A DNA stretch of 64,000 nt, taken from Nitrospirota bacterium. GTDB taxonomy: Bacteria; Nitrospirota; UBA9217. A program made the translations under genes and the position numbers. Under the pieces are notes generated by a model, which was given only the letters and a program-made list of their open reading frames with translations, was not told the origin of the DNA and ran no database searches. Positions 32,363 to 43,809 of this stretch are shown piece after piece; positions within the stretch are counted from its first letter, which is position 1, and every line of letters begins with the position of its first letter. The DNA lies in the NCBI GenBank assembly GCA_963749655.1, contig CAVVOB010000022.1, positions 128,001 to 192,000 of the forward strand, written 5' to 3'.

Positions 32363-32540
32363 TGCGGAACATTGAATGAGAATTCGGAATGCGGAATTAA
32401 CGTAAGCTGCAATGCGTAATTCACGATTTAAAGTGGATCGCCTACTACGTACTTTGCATTTCACAATCGAAATAATACATCTCCATAAATCTGTTGGCAG
32501 TAGTGCCTTTATTCCGCATTCTGAATCCATTCCGCATTTT
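32361..32540. repeat. AATGCGG/TTCCGCA heptamer palindromic element
   Basis: aatgcggaa..ttcggaatgcggaatt / attccgcattctgaa..ttccgcattt. Confidence 0.75.
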
Positions 32541-32554
32541 GAAAAGGAGGCATC

Positions 32555-33614
32555 ATGATCAGGTCCTATTTGCTCGCATCGGCTGCGTTCATTGTCATGG
32601 TAACGTCGACAGTTTTGGTCGGCCAGCTACAGCCCTTCACCTCGGTTCCCGTTCCGGCGCAGAACCCTCAGACCGCTGAAAAGATCGAGCTCGGCAAGCA
32701 GCTGTTCTTCGACCGCAGGCTTTCAGGTGACGGGACCATGAGCTGCGCCACGTGCCATGACCCGGAAAAGGCCTTTACCGACGGACAGGACATCTCGCTC
32801 AGTTATCCCACGACGAAGAACTGGCGCAACTCTCCGACGCTCATCAACGTTGCGTTCCAGAAATACCTGTTCCACGACGGCCGCGCCGCGAGCCTGGAAG
32901 AGCAGGCGCTCTTTCCCATGATGTCGGCCTTTGAGATGAACCGGAACCTCGATTTCATGGAGGAAGTGATCCGGTCGGTGCCGGAGTACGTATCTTCCTT
33001 TCAGAAGATTTTCGGCGGAGAGCCGACGCGCGAGCGCATTGCCATGGCCATCTGCCAGCTTCGAACGGACGATTACCTCTCGGGAACACGCCGCTTGACC
33101 GGTACCTGAAGGGGATCGAGACGGCGCTGTCCGACGATGCAGAAGGAGGGCTCGCAGTCTTCAAGGGAAAAGGCAGGTGCACGGAGTGCCACTTCGGCGT
33201 GAACCTGTCCGATGATGCTTTTTACGCCCTGAACGTGCCCGAGAATCCCGAGCACTTGTCCGATCCGCGCATCGCTGCAACGAGGCGGTTCGTGGCAAAG
33301 GTGTATCATTACGAGGATTACCGGAACCTTGCCGAGGACCCGGGCCGGTATCTGATCACGAAAGAAAAGAAGGACTGGAAGGCTTTCAGGACCCCGACCC
33401 TGCGGGAGATCGCGAAGACAGGCCCCTACATGCACAACGGGATCTTTGCGACCCTTGATGAAGTGATCGAATTTTTCGACAAGGGCGGGGGCAGGGGAAT
33501 ACGGCGCTCAAACCACTCGGCCTCACACCCCGGGAAAAGAAGCAGCTCAAGAAGTTCCTGATCGAGGCTCTGTCCGGACCGGAGGCAGAATTCAAATATC
33601 CGAAGGTGCCATAG
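32555..33614 (+). CDS. Di-heme cytochrome c peroxidase/MauG family protein, several frameshifts
   Basis: LGKQLFFD.RLS, CATCH, RNSPT, second heme motif CTECH, FRTPTLRE..TGPYMHNG. Confidence 0.87.
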
Positions 33615-33810
33615 GAAAGGCGGAAGGTCAGGAGTGAGGAGGAGGAGTGAGGAGTCAGAAGGCAGCTGACAGCCTTGCACGACAGGGTATATATAATAGT
33701 GTAAGATGTTCACTTAAAAGCAAAGGCTGTCTAACCGCAGAGGTCGCAGAAAAAAGCAGAAAAAAAGAACGGCAGCAGATTTGAATAAGAGGGCTGGGTC
33801 CCAGGGGGGG

Positions 33811-34575
33811 ATGACCATGAACGCACTGATCGAAGATATCGTTGCCAGGAAGCCCCATCTCGCTGATCCTTTCCGGTTCTACGGGAAAGCCCTCCGTTTC
33901 AACAGCGACATCCAGGACCTCAAGCTCCCGTATCGTCCTGATCTGCATGCCTATCCTTCCGAGTACGCTGCCCGGATCATGGAGCGCTTCGCTGCAGCGC
34001 TCGAACTTCCCGCGGGGAACCTGTCCCCTCTGCAGCAGGCGCTTGAAGTGGGCGATCTGGACTTTACCAGGCTTCCCCTGCGCGAGGTGCCGTCATTTTC
34101 ACTTCCCTATGCCGAGGATGACCTGACGATCCTGCTCTTCCTCATGAGCAGGCCTTATTTTCTCGGGCTGCGGGAAAAGGGCCGGATCGACAACCTGACA
34201 TGGGACGACGGAAAATGTCCCCTCTGCAGCGGCCAGCCGTCGCTTTCGTCCCGTGATGGAGAAAGGCTTCGTCTGCACTGCTCGTTCTGCGGCAGCACGG
34301 GGCGCTTCCCTGCGGGGCACTGTCCTCTTTGTCTTACGACCGAACCGAAGAACCTGCAGTCTCTCACGTTTGCAGGAGAAGAAGATTATTCCATCCAGAC
34401 CTGTGATGCCTGCCGGACCTACTTGAAAATCACCGCTTCCTCCCGTGCCGCATCCCTGCCTCCGGACCTTGCGGACCTCGAAAGTCTGCCCCTCGATATC
34501 GTGCTGCAGCAGAAAGGGTACAGCCGTCGTTCTCCCAACCCCATCGGCATGCTCCGGATGGCGGTGAGCGGCTGA
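33811..34575 (+). CDS. fdhE: FdhE-like formate dehydrogenase accessory protein
   Basis: W..GKCPLCS, RLHCSFC, CPLC, CDACRTYLK, DLESLPLD..QQKGY pattern. Confidence 0.8.
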   Translation: MTMNALIEDIVARKPHLADPFRFYGKALRFNSDIQDLKLPYRPDLHAYPSEYAARIMERFAAALELPAGNLSPLQQALEVGDLDFTRLPLREVPSFSLPYAEDDLTILLFLMSRPYFLGLREKGRIDNLTWDDGKCPLCSGQPSLSSRDGERLRLHCSFCGSTGRFPAGHCPLCLTTEPKNLQSLTFAGEEDYSIQTCDACRTYLKITASSRAASLPPDLADLESLPLDIVLQQKGYSRRSPNPIGMLRMAVSG

Positions 34576-34619
34576 AGCACGCTCACTCCCCGGACAGCCA
34601 CAGGTAAATTATCGTAGTC

Positions 34620-34651
34620 CGTCATCCCCGAAGGATTGTGTCGGGGATCCA
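34620..34651 (+). repeat. CGTC-type REP-like hairpin
   Basis: cgtcatccccgaaggattgtgtcggggatcca. Confidence 0.6.
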
Positions 34652-34760
34652 GAGGTTTTTCTTGTACTCTCTAACGAATTTCAAATTATGTCTGGAATAA
34701 GAGAAATGCGCGTGCTCGGTGTTCTGCTGTGGGAGGAAAGGGAGGGAAACACTCCACCGG

Positions 34761-36206
34761 TCATCCGCCGGCTTTCTTGATCGCTTCCTTGATCTTGTCC
34801 GAATCGGGCTTGAGCTGCAGGGCTTTGCGGAGCGCCGCGAGCGCCTTGGCCTTGAGACCGGTCCGGGAGTAGAAATTCCCGAGCTCCAGGTGATAATCGA
34901 TCTTGGACGGCGCCATTTCAATTGACTTCAGATAGTATTCCTCGGCCTCGTGGCCCCTCCGCGGAATGCGGGAGAGGTTCAGTCCGCGGCGAAAGACATA
35001 CTCGGCATTTCCCGGGTCGAGACGCATTGCCCACTGGAAAGCCTCGTCAGCGCCCCAGAAGTTGTTCTGGTTGAACCGTTTTATCCCCTCGTTGAACTGT
35101 ACGATCGCCGCGTCCTTGTTGTCCGTCTTTTTGGCCTGCTGCCGGTCCTGCGCCGGCCGGTGCTTTATCTTGCCCTGTACGAGGTCGGTCGTGTACTTGG
35201 TCCGCTTTTCCGGCGAGCTGAGCGTTTCGTAGGCCTCGTGGATCCGGTTGAACAGGGTCTCGAGCACTTCCTTCATATCGCTCATCTCGGGGTCGAAGTG
35301 GCGGTCGGGATGGTACATCTTGGCAACTTTGAAGTACGCTTTCTTGATCTCCTGCGGGGTTGCCCCGCGGCCGATATCGAGCACCTCGTAGTAGTCCTGG
35401 CTGTCGACCTGCTCGAAGGCGCGCTGGATCATCTCCTTGGTGACTACCACCGGCGCGGCTTCGGCCTCTGCTTTTACCGTCGGGGCTTCTTCGGCCTTGA
35501 TCTGCCCCTGCTCCACCATGCGGAGCGCGATCAGCACGTAGAGGGCCTTGAGGGTGTTGAAGTCGCCGATGCCGGACTGGAGGCAGATGTCCTGGATGGT
35601 CTTGCGTCCGTCGATCAGGTCAAGGACCGTCCGCTGATCCGCATCGAGATGGGCGCTCTGGAACAGGAGCTTGGGGTCCGTCGTCGGCCGGAGCACGGCG
35701 CTGAGCGGAGGAAGCGACTTGCGCACGCCCTTCCAGTCCAGCTCCCGCACGCCGCTGATGATGATGTCTCCGGTGCTCATCTGGAGGGGGATGATGTCGG
35801 AGACCGGAAGATTGCCTTTGTCGACAGCGTACTTCCCGTCGCGCCAGGTGAACAGGTGGAGCAGGATTTCCCTGACCTGCAGCTTGACCTCGGCGACCAG
35901 GTCGTGCGCGGAGATTACTTTCAGTTCAAACAGGACCGCTCCCAGTTTTTTACCCGTCTTCACGACAATTTCCGAGCATTTGTCGAACTGCTCCCGGGAG
36001 ATCTTCCCCTTTTTGAGCAGATACTCTCCCAGCCGGTCTTCATCCCTGTTCGATGAAGCGAAAATGATGTCGCCGTCCTTCAGGTATGCCTTCTTGACAT
36101 CCTTGTCGAGGCTGAACGTCACCGTGCCTGTCAGTTTGTTGATCCGAAGGTCCTGGAACAGCCAGGGAATGGTCAGATCCTTGATGTCACCGGTCGGCGT
36201 GATCAA
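34761..36206 (-). CDS. DUF4388 + DnaJ J-domain + TPR protein
   Basis: N-terminal DUF4388-like region (DRLGEYL, LFTW.DG), DYYEVL..YHPD J-domain, C-terminal TPRs. Confidence 0.87.
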   Translation of the reverse strand: MITPTGDIKDLTIPWLFQDLRINKLTGTVTFSLDKDVKKAYLKDGDIIFASSNRDEDRLGEYLLKKGKISREQFDKCSEIVVKTGKKLGAVLFELKVISAHDLVAEVKLQVREILLHLFTWRDGKYAVDKGNLPVSDIIPLQMSTGDIIISGVRELDWKGVRKSLPPLSAVLRPTTDPKLLFQSAHLDADQRTVLDLIDGRKTIQDICLQSGIGDFNTLKALYVLIALRMVEQGQIKAEEAPTVKAEAEAAPVVVTKEMIQRAFEQVDSQDYYEVLDIGRGATPQEIKKAYFKVAKMYHPDRHFDPEMSDMKEVLETLFNRIHEAYETLSSPEKRTKYTTDLVQGKIKHRPAQDRQQAKKTDNKDAAIVQFNEGIKRFNQNNFWGADEAFQWAMRLDPGNAEYVFRRGLNLSRIPRRGHEAEEYYLKSIEMAPSKIDYHLELGNFYSRTGLKAKALAALRKALQLKPDSDKIKEAIKKAGG

Positions 36207-36334
36207 TCTTTATCCTCGGGGGAGCGTAGCAGTCTGTTGCGGAATTATTATAGCGTTTTTTACCCCTCTCTGCACCTGTTTTCGAAAAAAATTCCCGCCC
36301 CGGCCCGGCGAGGACAGGGGCCAGCGCAAGAGGG

Positions 36335-36363
36335 TTGACTATCAATGCCGATGTTACTATAAT
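36335..36363 (+). promoter_or_regulatory. Sigma70-type promoter
   Basis: TTGACT-17 bp-TATAAT about 80 bp upstream of ATG 36444. Confidence 0.7.
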
Positions 36364-36443
36364 GAATTTCATCTCACCCTCTCCACCTATCGTCCCTTAC
36401 AGCTGAATGGAGGACCGTACCTGCGCTGTCTCAGGTAAGCATT

Positions 36444-39400
36444 ATGCATAAAGAACTCTTCCTCGGCATCGATGTCGGATCTGTAACCATCAAGACGGCC
36501 GTTCTCGATGGAGAAAAAAAACTGTTGGCCGATTCCTACGTCAGGATCAAGGGCGACCCGATCGATACCCTCCATACGTCTGCTCGAGCAGCTCTCACGG
36601 CAGTTTCCCGAACAGGCCGTCAAGGCCGCCTGCATCACCGGCAGCGGCGCCAAACAGGCGGCCGAACCTCTCGGCGCTCTGTTCGTCAACGAGATCCTCG
36701 CCCAGTCCGCCTTCGCCGGCCGCTACCATCCCGGCGCGCGGACCGTCATCGAGATGGGCGGCGAGGACGCCAAGCTGATCACCCTTGCGCGCGATGAAGC
36801 TTCCGGCGGCGTCAAGATCGAGGACTTTTCCATGAACGCGGCCTGCGCCGCGGGCACGGGGTCCTTCCTGGACCAGCAGGCCAGCCGGCTGCACCTGACG
36901 ATCGAGGAGTTCAGCGACATCGCCCTCAAGTCCAAAACGCCTCCGCGCGTGGCGGGCAGGTGCAGCGTCTTCGCCAAGAGCGACATGATCCATCTGCAGC
37001 AGATCGCGACGCCGGATTTCGACATCGTGGCAGGTTTGTGCTATGCCATGGCGAGAAATTTCAAGGCCACGGTAGGCAAGGGGAAGAAGTTCCCCACGCC
37101 GCTCCTGTTCCTCGGCGGCGTCGCGGCGAACCTCGGCATGCGCCGGGCGTTCCGCGATGTGCTGAAGCTGCAGGAGCACGAGATGGCCGTGCCGGACCAC
37201 TTCAACACCTCCGGCGCCGTCGGTTCGGCGCTCCTTGCCGTTGAGAACAGAACGACTGCTCCCGCGTTCCGGGGTCATGCCGCGCTGGCGGCCGCAGCAT
37301 CGGCAATGAAGCAGGCCCCGAGCGGTATGAACCCGCTCTCCCTGCCGCGAGGGATCATGCCGAACCCGGACCAGGATGCATCAACGGGCACGGGCAGCCT
37401 CATCGAGGCCTATCTCGGCGTGGACGTCGGCTCGGTGTCCACCAACGTCGTCGTTCTCGACAAGAGCGGCCGCGTCCTGTCCAAGCGCTACCTTCCCACG
37501 GCAGGCAGGCCGATCGAAGCGGTGAAGCAGGGCCTCGCCGAGGTGGGCGAGGAAGTCGGCTCCCGGGTCACGATCCTCGGCGCGGGCACCACGGGCTCCG
37601 GCCGGTACCTGACCGGCGATATGATCGGCGCGGACGTGGTCAGGAACGAGATCACGGCGCAGGCCACGGCCGCAGCCGCCATCGATCCGTTGGTGGACAC
37701 GATCTTCGAGATCGGCGGACAGGACTCGAAGTTCATCAGCCTGAGCGACGGCGCGGTGGTGGACTTCGAGATGAACAAGGCCTGCGCCGCCGGCACGGGC
37801 TCGTTCCTCGAGGAGCAGGCCGAACGGCTCGGCATCCGGATCAAGCAGGAGTTCGAGAGCAAGGCGCTCTGCGCCTCGTCGCCCTGCAGGTTCGGCGAGC
37901 GCTGCACGGTCTTCATGGAGTCCGATCTTGTCCATTCGATGAACACGGGCTCCGGCGTCGAGGAACTCACCGCCGGACTCGCCTACTCCATCGCTTACAA
38001 TTACCTGAACAAGGTGGTGGCGGGCAAGAAGGTCGGCGAGCCGCATATTTTTCCAGGGCGGCGTGGCCGCGAACAAGGCCGTCGTGTCCGCCTTCGAGCA
38101 GATCACGGGCAAGCCCATCACGGTGCCGCCGCACCACGAGGTGACCGGCGCGATCGGCGCCGCCCTTCTCGCCATGCGCGGAACCGCGGGCGCCAGCTCG
38201 TTCAAGGGCTTCGACCTGAGCAAACGCGCCTACGCCGTCACGACCTTCGAATGCGCGGAATGCGCGAACCGCTGCGACATCCGGCGGGTGAGCTTCGACG
38301 GCGAGAAGCCGCTCTTCTACGGAAGCCGCTGCGAAAAATACGACGTCAAGAAAAAGACGCGGACGGACGCGCTTCCCGACCTGTTCGCGGAGCGGGAACA
38401 GCTGCTCCTTTCCGCCGCGCCCCTGCGGGAGCCGGAAAAGGGGGCGAAGACGATCGGCATCCCCCGCGTGCTCTATGTGAACGATTTTCTGCCCTTCTGG
38501 CAGACCTTTTTCAGCGAACTGGGGTACCGCGTCGTGCTGTCGGAGCGCACCAATCGTCCGCTGATCAATCGTTCGCTCGAAGCAACCGTTGCCGAGACCT
38601 GCTTCCCGGCAAAAGTGGGGCTGGGGCATGTGCTCGACCTCGTGGACAAGAAAGTCGATGTCCTTTTCCTCCCGAGCTTCATCCGGTTCCCCGTGGCGCA
38701 CGAACAGGCAAAGAACGCACAGGCCTGCCCCTATGCCCAGGCGTTTCCCTACATCGCGAAGGCGGCCCTCAAGTTCGGCGACGTGAAAACCCTGGAACCC
38801 GTTCTGTTCCTGCACGACGACCGTCAGTTCAGCAAGAGCATGATGGGCATCGGAACGGCGCTCGGCAAAGGCAGGACTGCGGTGTCGCGGGCCCAGCGGA
38901 TGGCATCGCAGGCGCAGCAGAACTTCCAGCATGCCGTGGACAAGCGCGGCAGGGAGGTACTGTCGGCGGTGACGGCAAAAGAGCAGGCGATCGTGCTCGT
39001 CGGCAGGAGCTATAATACCTGCGATACCGGCGTGAACATGAACCTTCCCGCGAAGATCCGCGACCTCGGCGTGCAGGCAATTCCCATGGATTTTCTGCCC
39101 CTTCATGACGTCGATCTTTCGGACCAGGAGCATATGTACTGGCGATCGGGCCAGAAGATCATCGCCGCCGCCCGCGTAGCCAGGGACCATCCCGGGCTGT
39201 CTCCGGTGTACATCACCAACTTCGGGTGCGGCCCCGACTCCTTCATCACCCACTTCTTCCGCCAGGAGATGGGCGCGCGGCCGTTCCTACAGCTCGAGAT
39301 CGACGAGCACAGCGCCGATGCGGGCGCCATCACGCGGATCGAGGCGTTCCTGGACAGCCTCAGGAACGTGAAGGACGACGGCCCGGTCCGCTCCGCCCCC

Positions 39401-40621
39401 GCCCGCGCACGCCGGGACAAGGGTTCCCTCCATGAGAAGACCGTCTATCTGCCGCCCATGACGGACCATGCCCACGCCCTGGCAGCCGCGTTCCGCGCCT
39501 GCGGCGTCGAGGCCGAAGTTCTGCCTGAATCGGACGACGAGACCATGCGCCTCGGCCGGGAGCACAGCTCGGGCCGCGAGTGCTACCCCCTCGCGCTCAC
39601 CACCGGAGACATGATAAAGGTCCTACGGCGGCCCGGGTTCGATCCGGCAAAGAGCGCGTTTTTCATGCCTACGGGCAAGGGCCCCTGCAGGTTCGGCCAG
39701 TACAATCGCTACCACCGGCAGGTGCTCGACAAGCTGGGCTTCGAGGACGTCGAGATCATGGCGCCCATGCAGGATGAATCGCTCCATGACGACGTGCGGG
39801 CGCTGGACAAGAACTTCGTCCTCATGAGCTGGCGGGGAGTGTTCGCCGTGGACATGCTCCAGAAGGCGCTCTGGGAGACCCGGCCCTACGAAAAGCACAA
39901 GGGCCAGGCGGACCGCGTGTACCAGAAGTCGCTCGATGCCGTCGTCTCGGCCATTGAAAAAAGGAAGGACCTCCTGCCCGTGCTGCGGGACGTGTACGAT
40001 GATTTCATGGCCGTCGAGACAGGCGAGCGCACCAAACCCGTCGTCGGCGTGGTGGGAGAGATCTACATCCGCTCCAACCGTTTCAGCAATGAGGATGTCG
40101 TGCGCCGCATCGAGGAACTGGGCGGCGAAGCCTGGGTCGCTCCCATCTCCGAATGGCTGCTCTACGTCAACACAACGGCCAAGATGTCGGCCCTCATGAA
40201 CCGTTCCTGGAAAGACCTGTTCAAGGCCTACCTGACCGCCCATGTCCAGCACAAGGACGAGCAGCGGTTCCTCTCGAGCTTCAACGGCACGCTCCGGAGC
40301 CTTCACGAGCCGAGCATCGACAAGACCCTGAAAACGGCCCGGCCCTACATCCATCATTCCTTCGAAGGGGAGGCCGTTTTGTCCGTAGGAAAGGCCATCG
40401 ACTACATCAACCGGGGCGCGTCCGGCATCGTGAACGTCATGCCCTTCACCTGCATGCCCGGCACGATCGCGACGGCGGTGCTCAAGCGCGTGCGCGAAGA
40501 CCACCACAACATTCCCATCCTGAACCTCGCTTATGAAGGCCAGGGCGACTCCCAGACACTGACCAGGCTCGAAGCGTTCATGCACCAGGCAAAGACGTTC
40601 AAACGGCCGAAGAAGGCGTGA
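36444..40621 (+). CDS. Multidomain acyl-CoA dehydratase activase (two BadF/HgdC-type ATPase domains + DUF2229); frameshifts near 36575 and 38040
   Basis: GIDVGS, EMGGEDAK, MNAACAAGTGSFL (twice), CGPDSF, MPFTCMPG, TRLEAF motifs. Confidence 0.9.
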
Positions 40622-40819
40622 GGCTGCCGTAAAGCGAAAACCTTTTTTTACCGCAGAGAACGCAGAGAAAGTCAAAGACACCATTAGTCCCGCAGGCGCT
40701 GCGGAGATCACCGGGGTGGACGAATTCATGGTATTCTGCATGAGCTCTGTACGGCCGGTGAGACGGATTTCGTTCAGTATTTCTAGACACAACCCGTGTA
40801 CCGTGAACCATGAGGAGCC

Positions 40820-41338
40820 ATGAGCGTACTGATCGGCAGGGAAATCGAGAAAGCATTACAGAAGAAGCTGATCGTCATCGAGCCGCTCGACAAGTCGCAG
40901 ATCGGACCCGGCTCGATCGACCTTACGCTGGGGAACGATTTCAGGATCTTTAAAAAGCGGTCGAAGATCTATCACGTAAAGAATGATTCCCTGTTCCAGG
41001 ACATAACCCGGGACATCCACGTCAAGGACGGCGATTATGTGACGATCAAGCCGGGCGAAATGATCCTGGGGATCACGAAGGAAAAGATCACGCTTGCCGA
41101 CAACATCTCCGGCCGGCTGGAGGGCAGAAGCCGGTTTGCGAGGTTCGGGCTGGCCGTTCACGTCACCGCCGGCTTCATGCATCCCGGCATTGCCAACCAC
41201 CAGGTCCTGGAGATCGTGAATCTGGGGCACGCGCCGCTGGCCTTGTATCCCGGCACCAGGATCTGCCAGTTCATTTTTGAAAAGTGCGACGGCCACGCCA
41301 GATATCAGGGGAGATTCGTCAAGCAGGTGAAGCCGTAA
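40820..41338 (+). CDS. dcd: dCTP deaminase
   Basis: SIDLTLG, LEGRSRFARFGL.VH.TAG, LEIVN, ICQF motifs. Confidence 0.9.
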   Translation: MSVLIGREIEKALQKKLIVIEPLDKSQIGPGSIDLTLGNDFRIFKKRSKIYHVKNDSLFQDITRDIHVKDGDYVTIKPGEMILGITKEKITLADNISGRLEGRSRFARFGLAVHVTAGFMHPGIANHQVLEIVNLGHAPLALYPGTRICQFIFEKCDGHARYQGRFVKQVKP

Positions 41339-41394
41339 GCGGGCGCGGACCGCGTCCTGATGAAATGCCCGGTCCTTCGTCACAGCCGTAATCC

Positions 41395-42360
41395 ATGCCG
41401 ATCATCTTTGCCGCAGACATCGGAGGCACCAACAGCCGCTTCGGCCGTTTCGAGGCAGGGCCCCAGGGCTCCCTTTCCCTGATCGAAACGAAGTGGGTCT
41501 CCACGAAAAACGCCCGGTCGTTTGCGGACCTTATCGGCCCGGTCAGGGGGGGCCTCCGTCCGGAGCAGGCCGACTGCGCGGTCATCGCGATCGCCGGACC
41601 GGTCGAGCGCGGCGTATTCTCGAGGCCGCCGTTCATATCGTGGAGCATCGATATCCACCGCGCGCAGCAGTCGCTCGGGTCGCGGCGAGTTCTGCTCATC
41701 AATGATTTTGTTGCCCAGGCCTTTGCCTGCCGTACGCGGCCGGGAGAGGCCGCCGAACCGGTCCTTCCGGGGACCGCGTATCCCGAGGCCCCGATCGCGG
41801 TCATCGGCGCAGGGACGTCGCTCGGCATGGCGGCGCTCATACCCGACGGGTCCGGAGGCGGCGTTGCCGTACCGTCCGAGGGAGGGCACGCGGAGTTCCC
41901 GTTCCAGGGCGCGGACGAGCAGCGGCTCCGGGAGTTTCTGCTCGAAAAGCGGGGTGGAGCGTTCGTTCCAGCCCTTGCAGCGGTGTCCGGCCCGGCGCTT
42001 TCTTCTCTTCATCAGTTCCTGACAGGCAACGTCCTGGACCCGGCGGAGGTCCTGGCCGGGCTGACATCGTTCCCGGAGACCCTCGAATGGGCGTCCCGTT
42101 TCTACGGAAGGGCCTGCAGGGACTACGCCCTTGCCGTCGCTGCGCAGGGCGGCGTGTACATTGCCGGCGGCGTGGCTGCGCGCGCCCCGTCGCTGGTTTC
42201 GCATGCTTCCTTTGCGCGGGAGTTCAGAAGTTCGCCGACCATGTCCGGCCTGCTCTCGGGTATTCCGGTTTTTCTCATGACCGATCAGGAAAGCGGTTTG
42301 TGGGGCGCCGCGTCGTATGCCCTGCAGGTCCTCAGCCGGGAACCGGCGCATCGGGCATGA
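41395..42360 (+). CDS. glk: Glucokinase
   Basis: ADIGGTN, AIAGPV, LINDF, GAGT.LG, SEGGH, YIAGG motifs. Confidence 0.88.
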   Translation: MPIIFAADIGGTNSRFGRFEAGPQGSLSLIETKWVSTKNARSFADLIGPVRGGLRPEQADCAVIAIAGPVERGVFSRPPFISWSIDIHRAQQSLGSRRVLLINDFVAQAFACRTRPGEAAEPVLPGTAYPEAPIAVIGAGTSLGMAALIPDGSGGGVAVPSEGGHAEFPFQGADEQRLREFLLEKRGGAFVPALAAVSGPALSSLHQFLTGNVLDPAEVLAGLTSFPETLEWASRFYGRACRDYALAVAAQGGVYIAGGVAARAPSLVSHASFAREFRSSPTMSGLLSGIPVFLMTDQESGLWGAASYALQVLSREPAHRA

Positions 42361-42536
42361 AGATCACCGGGAGAGGCCCGGGACTTATCTGAAACATTCA
42401 GCACACCTGCCGGAGCACGATCGCCGGAGAAGGTTGATTGAGTCCGACAGCAGGAATCCCCGGGGCGGTTGACAGGAAGCGTCTCCGAATTTGCCACCGC
42501 CGATGCAGTGCATGGAAGTGTAGCAAAGGAGGCCCT

Positions 42537-43253
42537 ATGAACAGGAGCAGAGCGGCAGGGATATCATGTCTGGCAATTGTTTGCATGCTGGCATTCAGTG
42601 GTACGGCATTTTCCCAAGTGGGCGAAAAGCAGGGCGGGGCCGGGCAGAGCCCGATGGTGATGGGAGAGGTTACGGGCATTGATGCAACCTCCCTCACCGT
42701 AAAAACCGGGAACGGCGCAACGGAGCGAATGACGATTACGACCTCCACTGTGTTCGTGCAGGAGACCGCGGCCGACAGCAGCGCGCTGGTTGTCGGCGAA
42801 ACCGTTGTGGTGATCGGCCAGCCGGAAGGCCAGGGCGCGATCGTGCCGAGGATGGTCAGGATTGTCGACAAGATCGATGATATGTCCAGGCCGCGCGGTC
42901 AGGGAGGACAGGCGATGCAGGGCGGCCAGCCAAGGGGCGGGCAGACGGCGCAGGGCGGACAGGCGGAAGGGGGGGCGACCCCGAGCCAGCCGGGAGGCCA
43001 GATGATGGGCGGCCTTGTAGTCGGAGCGGTCGTCGGGCTTAACCCGTTGAAGATCGGGCAGCCGTCAGGAATCACGACAATCGCAAAACTGACGGACACC
43101 ACGAGGATAACGGTCGAGAAGTCGGTTGATTCGTCAAAGGTGTCGAAGGGCTCACGGGTGCGGGTGCTGGCCCCGTCGTCGCGGGCGTCCGCGTCGCGGC
43201 AGGCACGCAAGGTGATCATCCTGTCGGATTCGATGCCTGCCCCCCTGCAGTGA
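42537..43253 (+). CDS. Exported protein with two OB-like (DUF5666-like) repeats and a Gly/Gln linker
   Basis: AAGGAGG RBS, signal peptide, repeated G.V..I....L....T pattern. Confidence 0.65.
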   Translation: MNRSRAAGISCLAIVCMLAFSGTAFSQVGEKQGGAGQSPMVMGEVTGIDATSLTVKTGNGATERMTITTSTVFVQETAADSSALVVGETVVVIGQPEGQGAIVPRMVRIVDKIDDMSRPRGQGGQAMQGGQPRGGQTAQGGQAEGGATPSQPGGQMMGGLVVGAVVGLNPLKIGQPSGITTIAKLTDTTRITVEKSVDSSKVSKGSRVRVLAPSSRASASRQARKVIILSDSMPAPLQ

Positions 43254-43441
43254 CGACTGTGGGATCCGGGCGGGATCGGAAGCGTAGAACCCGCCCGTCC
43301 CTCAGGTCGGCAGGCATGACCGGGAGACGCGGCTGATCGAGCTGGGGCGTCAACGGGCATGCATACGCGGTTTCATACTTCGGAGGAAACATGGATGAGC
43401 TGAGAAAGACGTACCGTACTGCGGCGATCATTGGCCTCGCG

Positions 43442-43651
43442 ATGAAACACATCGTGTTCGCATCGGCCGTCCTGTTTATCCTTGTCTGTTCCGGCTGCGG
43501 CCCCCGGAACGTGTACGAAGGGTTGCGCATGCACCAGGGCATGGACTGCCAGAAACTCCACGGAGCTGACCAGGACGAATGCAACAGAAGGTCCGGGATG
43601 AGCTATGACGAGTATGAGCGGCAGCGGAACCAGGAAAAGCAAAGCCCCTGA
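43442..43651 (+). CDS. Small lipoprotein (alternative start at 43391)
   Basis: Lipobox-like CSGC, two further Cys, SYDEYERQR tail. Confidence 0.65.
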   Translation: MKHIVFASAVLFILVCSGCGPRNVYEGLRMHQGMDCQKLHGADQDECNRRSGMSYDEYERQRNQEKQSP

Positions 43652-43809
43652 AGGAGGCGTTCAGTAGGGGCGTCGTTTTTGCGGGAAGTCCGGTCTCCCC
43701 GCCAGCGCGGGTATCCAGTATCTGCTTCACGGCAGGTGCATTTCCAGGTATCTGCTAATGCCCTCGTTTACGTCATCCCTGTCTGGTTTTTTCGTCTCGA
43801 TACACCGAA

